This document shows, piece by piece, positions 36,950 through 49,300 of a stretch of 64,000 nucleotides of DNA. The stretch spans positions 4,030,001-4,094,000 of the forward strand of contig CM060731.1 of assembly GCA_030704615.1 (NCBI GenBank). The letters run 5' to 3'. Origin of the DNA: Takakia lepidozioides. Taxonomy: Eukaryota > Plantae > Bryophyta. Under the pieces are notes generated by a model that saw nothing but the letters and a program-made list of their open reading frames with translations, made no database searches and was not told where the DNA came from. How positions within the stretch are numbered: position 1 is the stretch's first letter; each line of letters opens with the position of its first letter. Made by a program: the position numbers and the translations under genes.

Positions 36950-39320
36950 TGAATTCATTTGTGTGCGTTTGCAGTGCGTGTGCAAGCCTGCAGCCATGGA
37001 AAAGGGCAAAGAGGTGCATGGTTGCATCACCAAAGCTGGAATTGTACCGGATGTGATTATGAACAATACTTTTGTGGACATGTATGCCATTGTGGGAGCA
37101 TTGAGGATGCGGAGGGAGTGTTCAACACTATGGCTGAATGAGGTGGTGTCGAGGAACACGATTCATCCAAGAGGTCGATTTAAGACACAAGATTACTTCT
37201 GATTCCCTGCGGATCAATAGCTACAAGAAAACTGCGTGGGTAGATGGTCAACTGGAAACAGCAGCGGCAACAGTGCATTTGGTAGGACAAGGCGCTGCTA
37301 ATGAAGGTACCTTCTTCAACACATTTCAGCCTGTTTTTCCCTGTTATCAGAGTTTTTCCCTGTTTTTTCCTGAATGAGCATGGATAGAGTGTGGGTCCAG
37401 ATTCATCCAAGAGGGCTGGACTTCAAGCTCCAGATTACCTTGATTCCATGTGGGGGTCAGTAGCTACAAGAAACCTGCATGGGTAGATGGTCAACTAAAG
37501 GCAGCAGCTGCAGCGGCACAGTTGATAAAATCAGGCACCTCAACCATGACCAGAGCTTCTGAAAGAGGATCAAGAGAGGGAGTCCACAATGCCTCTTCTG
37601 GCACTTCTGGGCATGTGAAGATACTTTGTGCGACAGCCTAACAGAGGCTCTACAGACTCTAAACCAAGCAGGCAGTTCAGCAGATTCAGATATGTATGTC
37701 TGTCTCTTGCTTAAGTGCATCAAGATGGAAGGTCTCAAAGCTGGAAAGCAGGTGCACACTCACATTATCCAAAGTGGATTCACGCCAAATGTTTTTCTAC
37801 TCAACACCCTTGTCAACCTGTATGTTAAGTGCCGGAACATCAGGGATGCTCACCAAGTGTTCAACAAAATGCCTCAATGATCTTTGATCACGTGGAATAT
37901 TATGTTGAAAGGATTTACCAAGCATAGGTGTGGTAGGAATGTTTTGGAGACATATGAGCAAATGATGTGCGAAGCGGTGAAGCCCAACCACATCACATTT
38001 GTTTGTGTTTGCAATGCGTGTGAAAGCCTGGGAGCAAGCTGGAATTGTACCAGATGTCATCTTGAACACTGCCCTTGTGGACATGTTTGCCAAATGTGGG
38101 TGCGTTAAGGATGTGAGGGGAGTTTTCAACACTCTGGCTGAACGAGATGTTGTGTCGTGGAACGTGATGCTTGCAGGGTATGCACAACAAGGGCACGGGA
38201 TGGAGGCTTTGGAGACCTATGAGCAAATGATGGGGGAAGGGGTGAAGCCTAACCAAATCACAAGGCATTTCACCAGATTCAGATATGTATGTCTGTCTCT
38301 TGCTTAAGTGCATCAAGATGGAAGGTTTGGAAGCTGGAAAACAGGTGCATACTCACATCATCCAAAGTGGATTCACATCAAATGTTTTTCTACTCAACAC
38401 CCTTGTCAACATGTATGTTATGTGCGGGAGCATCATTGATGCTCACCAAGTGTTCAACAGAATGCCTCAACGATCTTTGATCACGTGGAATATAATGTTG
38501 GCAGGATGCAATGCGTGTCCAAGCCTGCGAGCTCTGGAAAAGGGAAAAGAGGTCCATGGTGACATCGTCAAAGCTGGAATTGTACCAGATGTCATTCTGA
38601 ACACTCCCCTGGTGGACATGTATGCCAAATGTGGGTGCATTAAGGATGCGAAGGGAGTTTCCATGGCTGAACGAGATGTGGCGTCGTGGAGTGCGATGCT
38701 TGCAGGGTATGCACAACAGGGACGTGGTATGGAGGCTTTGGAGACCTATGATCAAATGATGGGGGAAGGGGTGAAGCCCGACCACATCACGTTTGTGTAC
38801 ATTTGCAATGCGTGTGCAAGCCTGTCAGCTCTGGAAAAAGGAAAAGAGGTCCATGGCGACATTGTTAGATTTGCAATTGTATCAAATGTCATTCTGAACA
38901 ATACCCTCGTGGACATGTATGAAGGGAGTGTTCGACGGTATGGCTGAACGAGATGTGCTATCGTGGAATGCGATGATTGCAAGATATACACATCAAGGGC
39001 GCGGGATGGAGGTTTGGAGACCTATGAGCAAATGATGTGCGAAGGGTTGAAGCCCGCGCTTTGCATTGCATGATGTTGAGGAAGAGCTTAAAGAATCGTC
39101 TCTTTGCCACCACAATGAGAAGCTGGCCATTGTTTTTGGGCTTATCAACACACCCTCTGGGATGTCTTTGGGGATCATCAGGAATCTTCGGATGTGTGGT
39201 GATTGCCACACAGCCACCAAATTCATCTCAAAGATAGCTAAGCAAGAGATTGTTGTACGGGATGCAAACCGCTTTCACCACTTCCAAAATGGTGTTTGTT
39301 CTTGTGGGGAGTATTGGTGA
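36950..39320 (+). pseudogene. Scrambled DYW-PPR pseudogene captured in the Pack element
   Basis: Multiple frameshifted L/S/P motif fragments ([41 protein letters not shown]) fused directly to a truncated DYW domain [20 protein letters not shown]...CGDCH...CSCGEYW (39066-39320). The P2-L2-S2-E region is deleted. Confidence 0.92.
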
Positions 39321-40899
39321 AATGAAATGCTTGTCACCTAATTGAATGTATTGAACTCTGTCAGCTGCGAGTCAGGTTGGACTCCTACAGTGGCAGCAAA
39401 GGCGCACGAAATCTCTTTTTGGAGAGGAATTCTCAACAATAGGTTTTGAACATAATTGGACCTTGCGAAGGTTGAAACTATAGACCAAGTTCAGAAACTG
39501 TCCTAGTTGATGAACAGAGGTGCAATGACTAGGTTTTGATGGTCTTCAAGAGGGTCACTCTCTGATGAAAATACCCAGGACTGTATATCAGAAAATGGAA
39601 ACTTTCTTCAGGCCTCTTGCACATCGGGCATTGACAATGTCCCTTTCCTCTCTGCATCAAATTATTGTGCATCTGATTATTGTTCAAAGTGAGATTCCAC
39701 AACAAGTTTTATCGAGGGCAAACAATTTTTTTAAATTAATTTATTAGATTTTGTTCTATTTTTAAATGAATAAACTTGATATAATATAAAAACATACATA
39801 TACATATTTGAGGGTATTTTTAATTATTGAAAAGGGAAATATACATACAGTAGGGGGTACTTTTTTAAAATTACAAATTTCTATATATTTACAGGAGGGG
39901 GTTTTATAATCTTCAAAATGTATGTACAGAGGGGGTATAAATGATCCAAGGACCCGTATACATGGGGTTTTTTAATTAGGCGGCGAACGCACGTGATACG
40001 GACATTTTATAAAGAGTGCACCCCCAGGCCTAAACCGCACACCTCGTCTTGTATACCCACTAGTATCGCTGGAGCTCGTACCGGCACTCTCCTCAGCAAC
40101 TGGTGGCACCTCCGTGTTGAAAACTCACAACCACACATGTCGTAAACCTGTCTCTAATCCCCCTTTCCACAAGATAACCGGGTAGAGAACCTGTTGCGGC
40201 TTATGGCTTAGACTACTAGGTTCGTAACATAAACCTGCACCTGCATCCACCGCAAGCACTCCTATGGTCTGCTGGTCATCAACCCAGCCTTACCATAAGA
40301 GAAACAATGATGGTCTGATTGGTCATCACCCCAGCTTCACCACCGACAGCACGCTCTAGGATTGACCGGTGATCAGATCCGGACCAACCTCCTATGAAAA
40401 CAAGCGCCCACACAAAGCTAACATGGCGCACAGTCAAGCATGCAGGTGTGGAGGGGATCCAAACACAAGAAAATCAAGACAACAACTCCCCCACACCAAG
40501 AACACTCCACAGTGTCGCTCCTGCAATGACACCCTAGCCCAAACCCGAACTGACTCTTGCCTCCACCTACGGAAAAGTTTTGGCCTACAGAGAGGGTGAA
40601 AGACTACAAGGAAGAGAGACTAAAGCAATTCCTAATCCCAGCATGCCTTCATCCCACTACCCTATCTCCACACTCTCTTGCTTGAACAATAGACAAGACT
40701 ACCTTTCAAGGGTCTCTCAAATAACTCTCCAGGAGCCCTCAAGAATATGTTTCTCAAACAATCTTACTAAGGCTCCCAATCCTTGCACAATGGGACTCCA
40801 AAACAGTACACCATGGCCCCAAGAGCCTGCCAAAACTTAGCCCTCGAGGACCCCAAATAGTCCCTCACACAAGTCGCCAAAGACTCCTCAAGCTTGCCA

Positions 40900-41045
40900 A
40901 ATATTGGCCTCCAAGGACCCCAAACGGTCCTCCAAAGAATTCCAAATGGTCCTCTAAATGGTCCTCTAAATGGTCCTCCAAACAGTCCTCCAAGGACTCC
41001 CAATGGTCCTCCAAGGACCCCAAACAGTCCTCCAAGGACTCTTCC
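40900..41045. repeat. Degenerate 11-12 bp tandem array (GGTCCTCTAAAT / GTCCTCCAAGGA) in the retrotransposon 5' leader
   Basis: Directly visible tandem units, followed by TATTCCC and GCCATTTCCCCC repeats to about 41270. Confidence 0.85.
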
Positions 41046-42494
41046 TATATCACCATGTTCCCAATGCGTTCCCAAAGTTCCTTAGGAATATTCTTGAGAA
41101 TATTCCATAGTATTCTCCCAGTATTCCCCTGGGCCTATACGTATTCCCCTTGTATTCCCGCCATTTCCCCTTGGTATTCCCATTGGAATAGCCATTTCCC
41201 CCTCATAGAGTAGTTCATTCCTCCAGGGTTTAGCCATTTCCCCCTAGGCTTTAGCCACTTCCCCCTCTATTTCCTTGAGGTTTAGCCCTACCAAGCTAGG
41301 GTTTGTGCTCCTTGGGGCTCTATGCTTAATCCCCTCAAGCATCCATGAATTCTATGGGGTACCAAGGCAAATTCCTTTGATCTTCTTCACCTTAAGCTAC
41401 TCAAGTTTGTCTCCAACTCAACAACTCAATATCAAGCTTGTAACTCCTTTGGCAAGCCACCAAGCCTTGTCTCCTCTCAAGCCTTGGTCATTCAAGCTCC
41501 ATTCACTTGCTAGCTCAAGAGCCACTTCTCTCCAGCTTGAAATTGCAAAGCTCAAGCCAAAAGCCTGCTCCACACATGCATCACCTCATACACAAGGGAA
41601 TCGACTTGCTTCCTTTACTTTCTAGCTATCCTCAAGCTTGAAATTGGAAGCCACACTTGGGAAGCATGCTCCACATAAACATCACTTGCTTGATCAACCA
41701 TCCACCACAAAACTTAAGCCAAAAGGGAATGAATACATGAGCTTCACCTTCACCTTCCCCTTCCTTTTGTTGTCACATGCTAGTCTATGGTTGAAGTTGC
41801 TATGCATGCCTTGAGCCACAATCTCTTTTCTTCATGAAGACCACCTCCAATGATCTCCTACATGTGCTCCAAGCTCTTCAATGCTCTAGGCTTGGTTTCA
41901 CATCATCATGGATAGAATTTTCACCCATATGCTTCCCTTCAAACCTCTTGAGCTTCCTAATGCTCTCCAAGTGCTTGCCCTTGTTGTCTTCAAGCCCAAG
42001 CCTATGTAGCTCCTTGGCTTCTCTTCGACAACATCCACACTTGAGCTTGCTTAACCCTAGATTGATAGTGAAATGAGTACTAACAATCATTTAGTTGCTC
42101 TCCACAAGCCATGGCACACACCATTGACTCCATAATGCATTGACAAGATTATCAAACCCTAGAATCCATGCTTCCACACACACAAGACTTCCCTCTTGCA
42201 ATCTTTGCAAATCTTGTGGCAACAAGTTCTTTCTTGAGCTCTTCAACACCTTGGTGTAACACCACAAGTAACTTTCCTTGCAACCCTTGTGATCTACAAG
42301 AGCTCCATCTTTGAGCTCTCCACCTCCTTAGGGCAAAGCAATATCTCTCAAAGCCCTAACACCAAAAGGATTTTTCTTTGCAATATATGCAACACCTTGC
42401 AACACAAGAACTATCTTCCCAAGCTCTTCAACACACAAGTGCTAAACTAACCCTTACACTCTGCACTCACAAGCATAAGGTGATCTTCTTGTAG

Positions 42495-42860
42495 TGATAA
42501 TGAAAGTGAACACAAGGGAAACACTCCACTCATGAATCCACTCAATTATATAAACTAAGTCAAGCCAAGGGCACCCTTGCTAAGGGAATCCACCCTACAA
42601 AGCCCTCAACACACTCCCTCTCAATACCTAGAGCTATGGAGGTGAGAGAGGCTCATGGAGGCTCAACTACAAGAAGATGAGCCCTCCTCAACGCTCACAA
42701 AGAGAAAACCCATCCCCATGTCCCAAGTGAGGTTTGACACCTCACTTGGTATGTGAGACCAAATGAAGTCCCAACACACAAGATACAAATATAAATATCC
42801 AAAATGTTCTAGTTAACTAGAAGTAGATAATTCTAGTTAACCATGACTAAAACCATGACA
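42495..42860. repeat. Terminal repeat X, outer copy (5' end of the retroelement)
   Basis: About 98% identical to 26330-26695, ending CATGACA followed by ACTC. Confidence 0.95.
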
Positions 42861-45800
42861 ACTCACTAGTACGCAAGCCTAACTCCCCAACTGGCGACAT
42901 CGCTATAGCTTTAGGAAAGGGAAACCTAAAGCTCAATTATCCTTTGATCAGCTAAACTCAAGTGCAATAGCTAAATTGATTTAGCTACCTATTTTTTCTC
43001 CTCTGCTACTTTATCTTTTTGAACTCTTGATTACGGGCAATGTCCATTTTGTTAGCCTTTATGGCTCCTTACAAGGTTATTTTTTCCTTGTGCTCAATTA
43101 AAACTCAACGTCAAACATTAAACATCACATAAAAATAATAAGTTGGCAAGGGTTGTGGATGACTGGAAATACTCAACACCTATTTTGGACCCCTCTCCTC
43201 TTAATTGATGTACATGTACAAATTTTCTTCAAATTTTTATTTTATTTTATTCATATTTAGTAAAGCATATCTCGAGTCCACCTTGCAATGAACTTTGAAT
43301 GGATGAAATTTGCTGAGCACTTCATCTGATATGGATGAAAACATCCTTAAGTGTATGATATTTAGGGTTGGATTTCGATTATACATATACACATATATCT
43401 ATCTTAATGCTTTGTTCTGTTGGTTTCATCCATTTAGTTAACGGTCGGCTAGGCCCAAAACGGGCTCGGCAACTACTCAATCCATCAACGGTCTTCAGAT
43501 TTGGATGGTTTCACAAGATTTTTAAGACATTGATGCCCTTGTCATGTGGGACCACTTAGCACATAGTTGATTGGATCAGGAGCTGCATGGGAGAAGCTAA
43601 TGTGGAGCCAACGAAGAGGAGGAAACCTTGCAAATGCTCCATCTCTGGGGAGCTCTTTTCCTCTGTGCAACATGAGAAAGTGAGTGGTCCAAGTGGAACC
43701 ATGCCTTGACTAATCACCTAATCTTGCAGATTTATCCAGATGGCCCCATTCAGCGGCTATGAATGCTTCATGTGGCAACATAGACTCTCAAATTTTGGGC
43801 TAAAAGGATTTCATCCCCTAATTCAGAAGTAATTAAAACTAGAAATTAACATCTATCATGTAGTGAAATTGCAAATCTTCACTTCCAACGGTGGAGATTT
43901 TTCAGATCTTGATCGATTGTCTTGCAAATTTGTGAGCAGACCGCTATCGCTCTAACTATCATTACTCCCCAAACTGGAGAATGGTTCAATGCACCAGCTT
44001 TGCTACCTAGGCTCCATTTGGGGGGCTTTCTTGCTCTTTCTTGCTGTGGGCCCGGATGGTCGTTACCAACTTTTCCTATCGAAGTTTGGCCGAGTGTCGA
44101 ATGCAAACCTTTAAGACACCGGAACCTTTAAGACTGCGCGGAGAGAGTACCTAAACTCTAAGGATATCCATCTACCTTCATCCCTCTTTGTGGCCATTCA
44201 TTTGTGGGGTCTTCATGGTTTATTTTACTTAGTTATTTCTTATAACCCCCCTTGTCTATTTGCCATGCTTAATATGATGGTGTTTTGGGGTGGTTGTTTT
44301 TGGACCTTTGATAGGAGTTTTTTGTTTTTGTTTCTAAGCTGTCATTTCAAGCCTACCTTTGTTACTTGAAGTGCCTGCGGCCAGCAGCCTCTATACTGAG
44401 GGAGGAAAGATCACACTTTTAGAGTGCAGGCTTGCAGGGTTTGAAAGGTAGAGGATGACCTTTCCAACCAACACCTAGCATATCCTGATGTAGCATGGGG
44501 CGGTCATGTCTTTCCTGGACATATTTTCTGGATTTTATAGGTATTTTTCATGTCAGGGGTATCCTTTTTCAAAAAAGTCTGCAAAAAGCACTGGGCATTT
44601 AAGGGTTAAAGGCAGGTAGGTGTTGAGGCACCAATTTCTCGGCGCACATACTTGGGCTTAGTATCTGTGCAGCTAGGCAACAACTTGCCAAAAGGATTTG
44701 GTGCTTGCCTCAGCGCCACTAGAGCTGGACTGTTAAAGACTGTAAATGCAGTCTTTTGTAATCTTCAAATGTTTCTGGTCTCCAGTGATACAAGCCCATC
44801 TAATTAACAAACGACTCCTTTACAACTGAAATTATAACACAATTCTGAGTGTCCTGCTCGAAATCTCAAAGCTACACATGCCATCCCTGAGCAGCGGATA
44901 ATAGTGCTCATGGCCACAGTAATATTGTTGACTTCACTTCAAACAGAAAGTCTTGTATTATGATCAGGTACTCAAATACCATCAGCTCCATGGCGGAAGG
45001 ATGCCTGGTTGGTAACAAAAAGACATTCTCCCGAAAACAATTTAACCTTAGAAAACCACTAATGTATAAGCCCTGTATACTAGCGACCTAGAGAGAGTCC
45101 ACTTCCATTGCCACCAACCTGGGTTTATGGCTATGGTCATTCCTGATGACAAACACAACATTGAGAATACCAAATCTCCACGTGTACTACATAACCAACA
45201 TAAAAGAACCTCCGGCCCACTGCTCATCTATGTGTAGTGGACTCCTAGAGACTTGGAAAGTTGTCTACGTGGGCTCACCCCTGCAGAGCAAACGGTGTAA
45301 CAACACAAAAAAAATAAGAGAAGCAACAGAGCTGAGTCCAAGCTGAGCCCAAGCTGAGCTAGTTGAGAGAAGGCCCAAATGTAACGTAGAAAATGGACTG
45401 CCTTATTTCAAGACAACAATGGAAGGTTGTTGGAGGTCACAAGGCACATCCAGCTTCTGCTTTGCACTTGCAGTCAACAGCCAGGTGGGCATCAAAGCAA
45501 AGGATAGAACCTGAATGCTTGGCCAATATAAGGATGACAGTTTTCACAAAAATCCTCCAGACATGCAAACACTCTGTAGGAATAAACAACCTTACCGAAT
45601 CTCCTACTGAAAAGAGTTCTGGTTGCCACCTCAAATATGTTGTAGAGAGAAACGGTCACGTTTGCTGGTGCAAAGACCCCTCTGATATGTAAACAAAGAG
45701 CTTGAAGAGATCCTCTGATGCGTGTCACTCCATGCCAAGCGCTGTCATCATCAGCTGGGCCGCATAACGTAGCACGGTCCCATCATCAGTCATCATCCAA

Positions 45801-46371
45801 GAAAATCACTCCTAGCTTGTGAGTTTCACCTCAATTCTCTTCTTAAAAAGTGGTCAACATTAAGGCTAGCTCGACGGTACAAACTCCAAAAAGTCTGACT
45901 TGGTTTGAGCACCTCAACGTGCTCTCTGTAGTACCCAGCAGACTACATCGTAAATGTACACCCAAACCACACAGTTTCAGGATGCTAAAGCACCAATTGA
46001 AGTTCTGTAGGTTGCTCACCAGATATTACAGCTGATTCTTAGAGATAGACACATTCCTCTTCCTTTTTGGGTCCCAGATGGCAAGGCTCCTGTTCAAGCG
46101 AGCAACAACGGTCACTGCTGATCTGTACACTATAACTTCTGCCAATACACCTTGTCCGAATAAATTCTTGGTCATTTTGATGACTCCTTGGATCCAACTG
46201 TTTGCAGCTGAAAACCTCAAAGAACTGTCTGCCATGTCTGTCTCTAACTAATTCTTTCCACCAAAACCCTGTCCAAGACGTCATTGAACTGAATGCCAGC
46301 TCACATTCATCAGTGACAAGGATTGACCTTCAAAATTTCGGACGATGTGCCAAATGAAGCTGGTAGTGGTT

Positions 46372-49300
46372 TCACTCAACCAGAAAGTTAACCGCAAGAT
46401 CCCAGTAGTGTACAACGCCAGCATCTGAAAGGTACTTCCTTGCAGCAGCTGCTGAACGGAACTGTTGAATAAGGAATTTGTCAAAATTAGGTCGGGCCAC
46501 ACTTCCCTGCCAAACAAGTTCACATTTATTCACACATCGAGGCTTGACTTCCATGCCTTCCTCAGTCTCTTCCTTCACAGCTGTTGCCCAGTTAATCCGC
46601 TGAGTCATTAACTTGTTGTAGCGCTTGATGGATTTGGCTCCGCCTTCAACAATAACCACAGACATGGCATCGGACATGACCACACAGCCAGTAAGTCGGT
46701 TTTGTCGTGCATTCATATCCACTTTGAAACGTGTCTGCTTGTGCGACATATCCAAGACACGGTAAACACAGACGATTGAGTCAATTGTTGTGGTATCATC
46801 AAACAATTTCTTCTCCTTCTTTTCCTTGCGTTCAGCAGGTGTGAGCTTGCGGGCAAGGTTTCGATCAGTGTGAGCTTGTTCTCGCTCAGCAGCTGCACTT
46901 CGAATCTCTTTCTCAAGCCGCGTGGGGTCCTGAGTGGCCTCGGCCCCTAAGACCTTCATCAAATTGCTCATTTTAACCTTGGGTTTGGGGGGTTCCAATA
47001 GGCCTTGGCGTATCATCTCCTGCCTGTCCTTCTCCTTTGCTAGCCGACGCTGTGTGCGCAGTTTCTTTTGTTCCTTCTTTGTAAGCTTCAATGGCTGTGG
47101 GGGTGGAGGAGCCGGTTCGGCAGGAGGGTCTATTGGCACTGGGTGCTCCACAAAAAAGGTGATCCTCTCTACCTTCACTTTCCCGTCGGCAATGTCCTCA
47201 TAACTCTTAGAGGGTAGGAACCCCGCATCCCTACATACAGTACAGACGGTGTTTTACACATGGAAAAAGATATCAAGCTCATTGTCAATATTCAGCATGA
47301 CGAAATCAGCCCGAGACCTTCTCGAATCCAATCTTTGGAGAATTATGCAGTGCCGGCCTGGGCAGACTAAAAGCTAGACAAGCTTACAAATCATAACATT
47401 AATTTAAAACCAAACTCTAGTGACGAAGGTATAGTTAGAGAGCATATACATACCACCATTCAAGGTCAGGAATAGGATCCTTCAGTTTCTCCTCGATGAC
47501 AGGAACTCTGTCTGAGACTTCGATCAAATTAGGATTGATATCTGACTCTGCCTTTGCCTTAGAGAGTGCTGCTTGCTTAGCCTTCATTTCCTTGGCTTTG
47601 GCCTCCCCATATTGACTCTGCACATATATTACTTTCGACCATCAGGGACATATCAGCAAGTAAAGCTAATCGGGTAATTTCATCAAAAGATAATGATGTG
47701 GCTGGACTGTGGCATATAGGAACTTTAGCAACAATGAGACGACAAGGAGGAAGAGAATTTTTCGAACATCTGAAAAGAGCTCCAAGAGGGTACAGGGTAG
47801 GGGGAGAGGAGGGAGATATTAGGGGTGAGGAAACTTTACTAGGATTAGATAACACATTATCTTCAACAACAGAGTTGCTAGATGACAGAAGGTCCCAACA
47901 AAATCCACTTCCAGAAGGTATGACTGAGGACTCATACCCGTAACTTCTGTATCTCAGCGTCCTTGGTCCACTTTCCCTCCTCAACAAACTGGAAATTTGA
48001 CCTCTTTGGCCGTACCAGCTTCTTTTTGTCAATGCCCACACGCGGATCAAAGAAGGGGTTACCAACTGGATCTTCATCTAACTCTGGCCGCAATATTTGA
48101 AACGCCTCCTTCTTCTGCTTGTTTATGTTCACCTGCACCAAGCCAGTCAAGGCCAACAATTGTCACATCCAACTCAATTGCCAAAATGGAGGTAAATAGG
48201 CCAAGCAGAAGTAATTCTAATAGGATAGGCAGCTAGGAGGACCCAAGATACCTGAAGATGCATTGTTGACATTGTCCCACAGCTATACATATATATATAT
48301 TTCACTGCAAGAAGTTGAGAAACTCCATATCCATGACAGAAACAATAGCAAGCCACCAGCCTCAAATGCATTTTTCTCACTCCTAAGAGGATATGTAGCA
48401 CAAAATCTCCTGTTTACCTTCAAAGTGCTGAGGTTTGTGATCTTGGGCCGATCTACAATGTTGCCATGTTCATCAATCTCTCTTCCCTGAGCATCGAGAC
48501 GCAGTACTGGGGCCTTCACAGTCTTTGGTTGTCCTGAGAGCCCGCCCATATCATCGGGACCTGGAGTGGGTATCATGTTGGGCAAAAACTGCATACCTCC
48601 TAAACCTCCTGGAAGCTGATGAAACCCATACTGAACTGCTATCTCATGGGCACGTTTAACAGCTTCATAATTAGATATTGCCCCAGGGTGAATGAGACCA
48701 GGCAATCCAGGTATCATTCCTGGGATATTGAAAAAGGTCCCACTCGCAATCATACTTGGAGGAATTGCTCCTGGCAATGGCAAGACTGGCTGGGTGAGTT
48801 GGGTCGGCATTGGCAATGCTGCTTGAGGCAGCGTAGGGGCAGGGGAAGCTGAAGATGAGGGGGGGGCAGTAGTGGTCGTGGTTGGTGTCTTGTTCAACTG
48901 CAAGAAATCACAAGTTAGATACTTACTCTGACTAAAAGAGTCGACCTCATAATCTCCTAGCAGCAGGATATTGTAAAAAACTATGGGGGATATTTACCAG
49001 CAGACGCCAACTTTGCAGAGTCTGAAACTTCATAAAATCAAAAGATCGATAAATAGTGATTGTGCTTTTGATTTATTCCTCTAGAAGATTGCGGAGAAAT
49101 TGAGGTAAATTTACTTTTCTTGAAGTTTTGCGACTTGTCAGGTCTTGTTTAAGAACCATTTTGAAGCTTCATTTGCACTTGTAGGTACATAACTGTATAT
49201 ATCCTGTGTGGCATCACTAACTGCAGGTGGGACATATCTGTTGTTCACACTTGGTCAAGGCTATCCCATGTGGAACAGTTAATTGCCACAAAGGATAGCT

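Larger units (their letters stand above)
34147..40028. mobile_element. Non-autonomous Pack-type TIR DNA transposon (Mutator- or hAT-like, unassigned) nested in the retrotransposon
   Basis: TIR CCTGGGGG(G)TGCACTC..AT.AAATGT....CACGTG (~45 bp) at 34147 and inverted ending at 40028. Perfect 8-bp TSD CCTAAACC (34139-34146 and 40029-40036). Removing it restores the gag-frame sequence ...GVRFRPPSP.... There is no transposase inside. Confidence 0.9.
26244..42860 (-). mobile_element. Ty3/Gypsy-like retrotransposon with split direct repeats, carrying a DNMT domain and a PHD-finger integrase (decayed, with a nested insertion)
   Basis: Termini TGTCGTG (26244) and CATGACA (42860) are imperfect inverted repeats flanked by ACTC on both sides (26240-26243, 42861-42864). 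Minus-strand domain order is gag-PR-DNMT-RT-RH-INT-PHD. Confidence 0.9.

Noticed and set aside
38285-38947. 220-aa PPR ORF as a functional gene
   Set aside because: Motifs are internally deleted, it is not in frame with the DYW fragment, and it lies among scrambled duplicates in a TIR element.
40767-41085. Gly/Pro-rich ORFs on both strands
   Set aside because: Products of the 11-12-bp tandem array with no sign of a real gene.
26785-42494. Tyrosine recombinase (DIRS/PAT/Ngaro) gene expected from the split repeats
   Set aside because: No RHRY-type ORF was recognised in the ORF track. The element encodes a clear DDE integrase instead.
26330-42860. Reading the two 366-bp X copies as an ordinary LTR pair
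   Set aside because: Both read TG...CA, but their outer flanks give no TSD (ACAA vs ACTC), there is no PBS or PPT next to them, and the 87-bp Y copies are left unexplained. The ACTC duplication and inverted termini fit 26244-42860.
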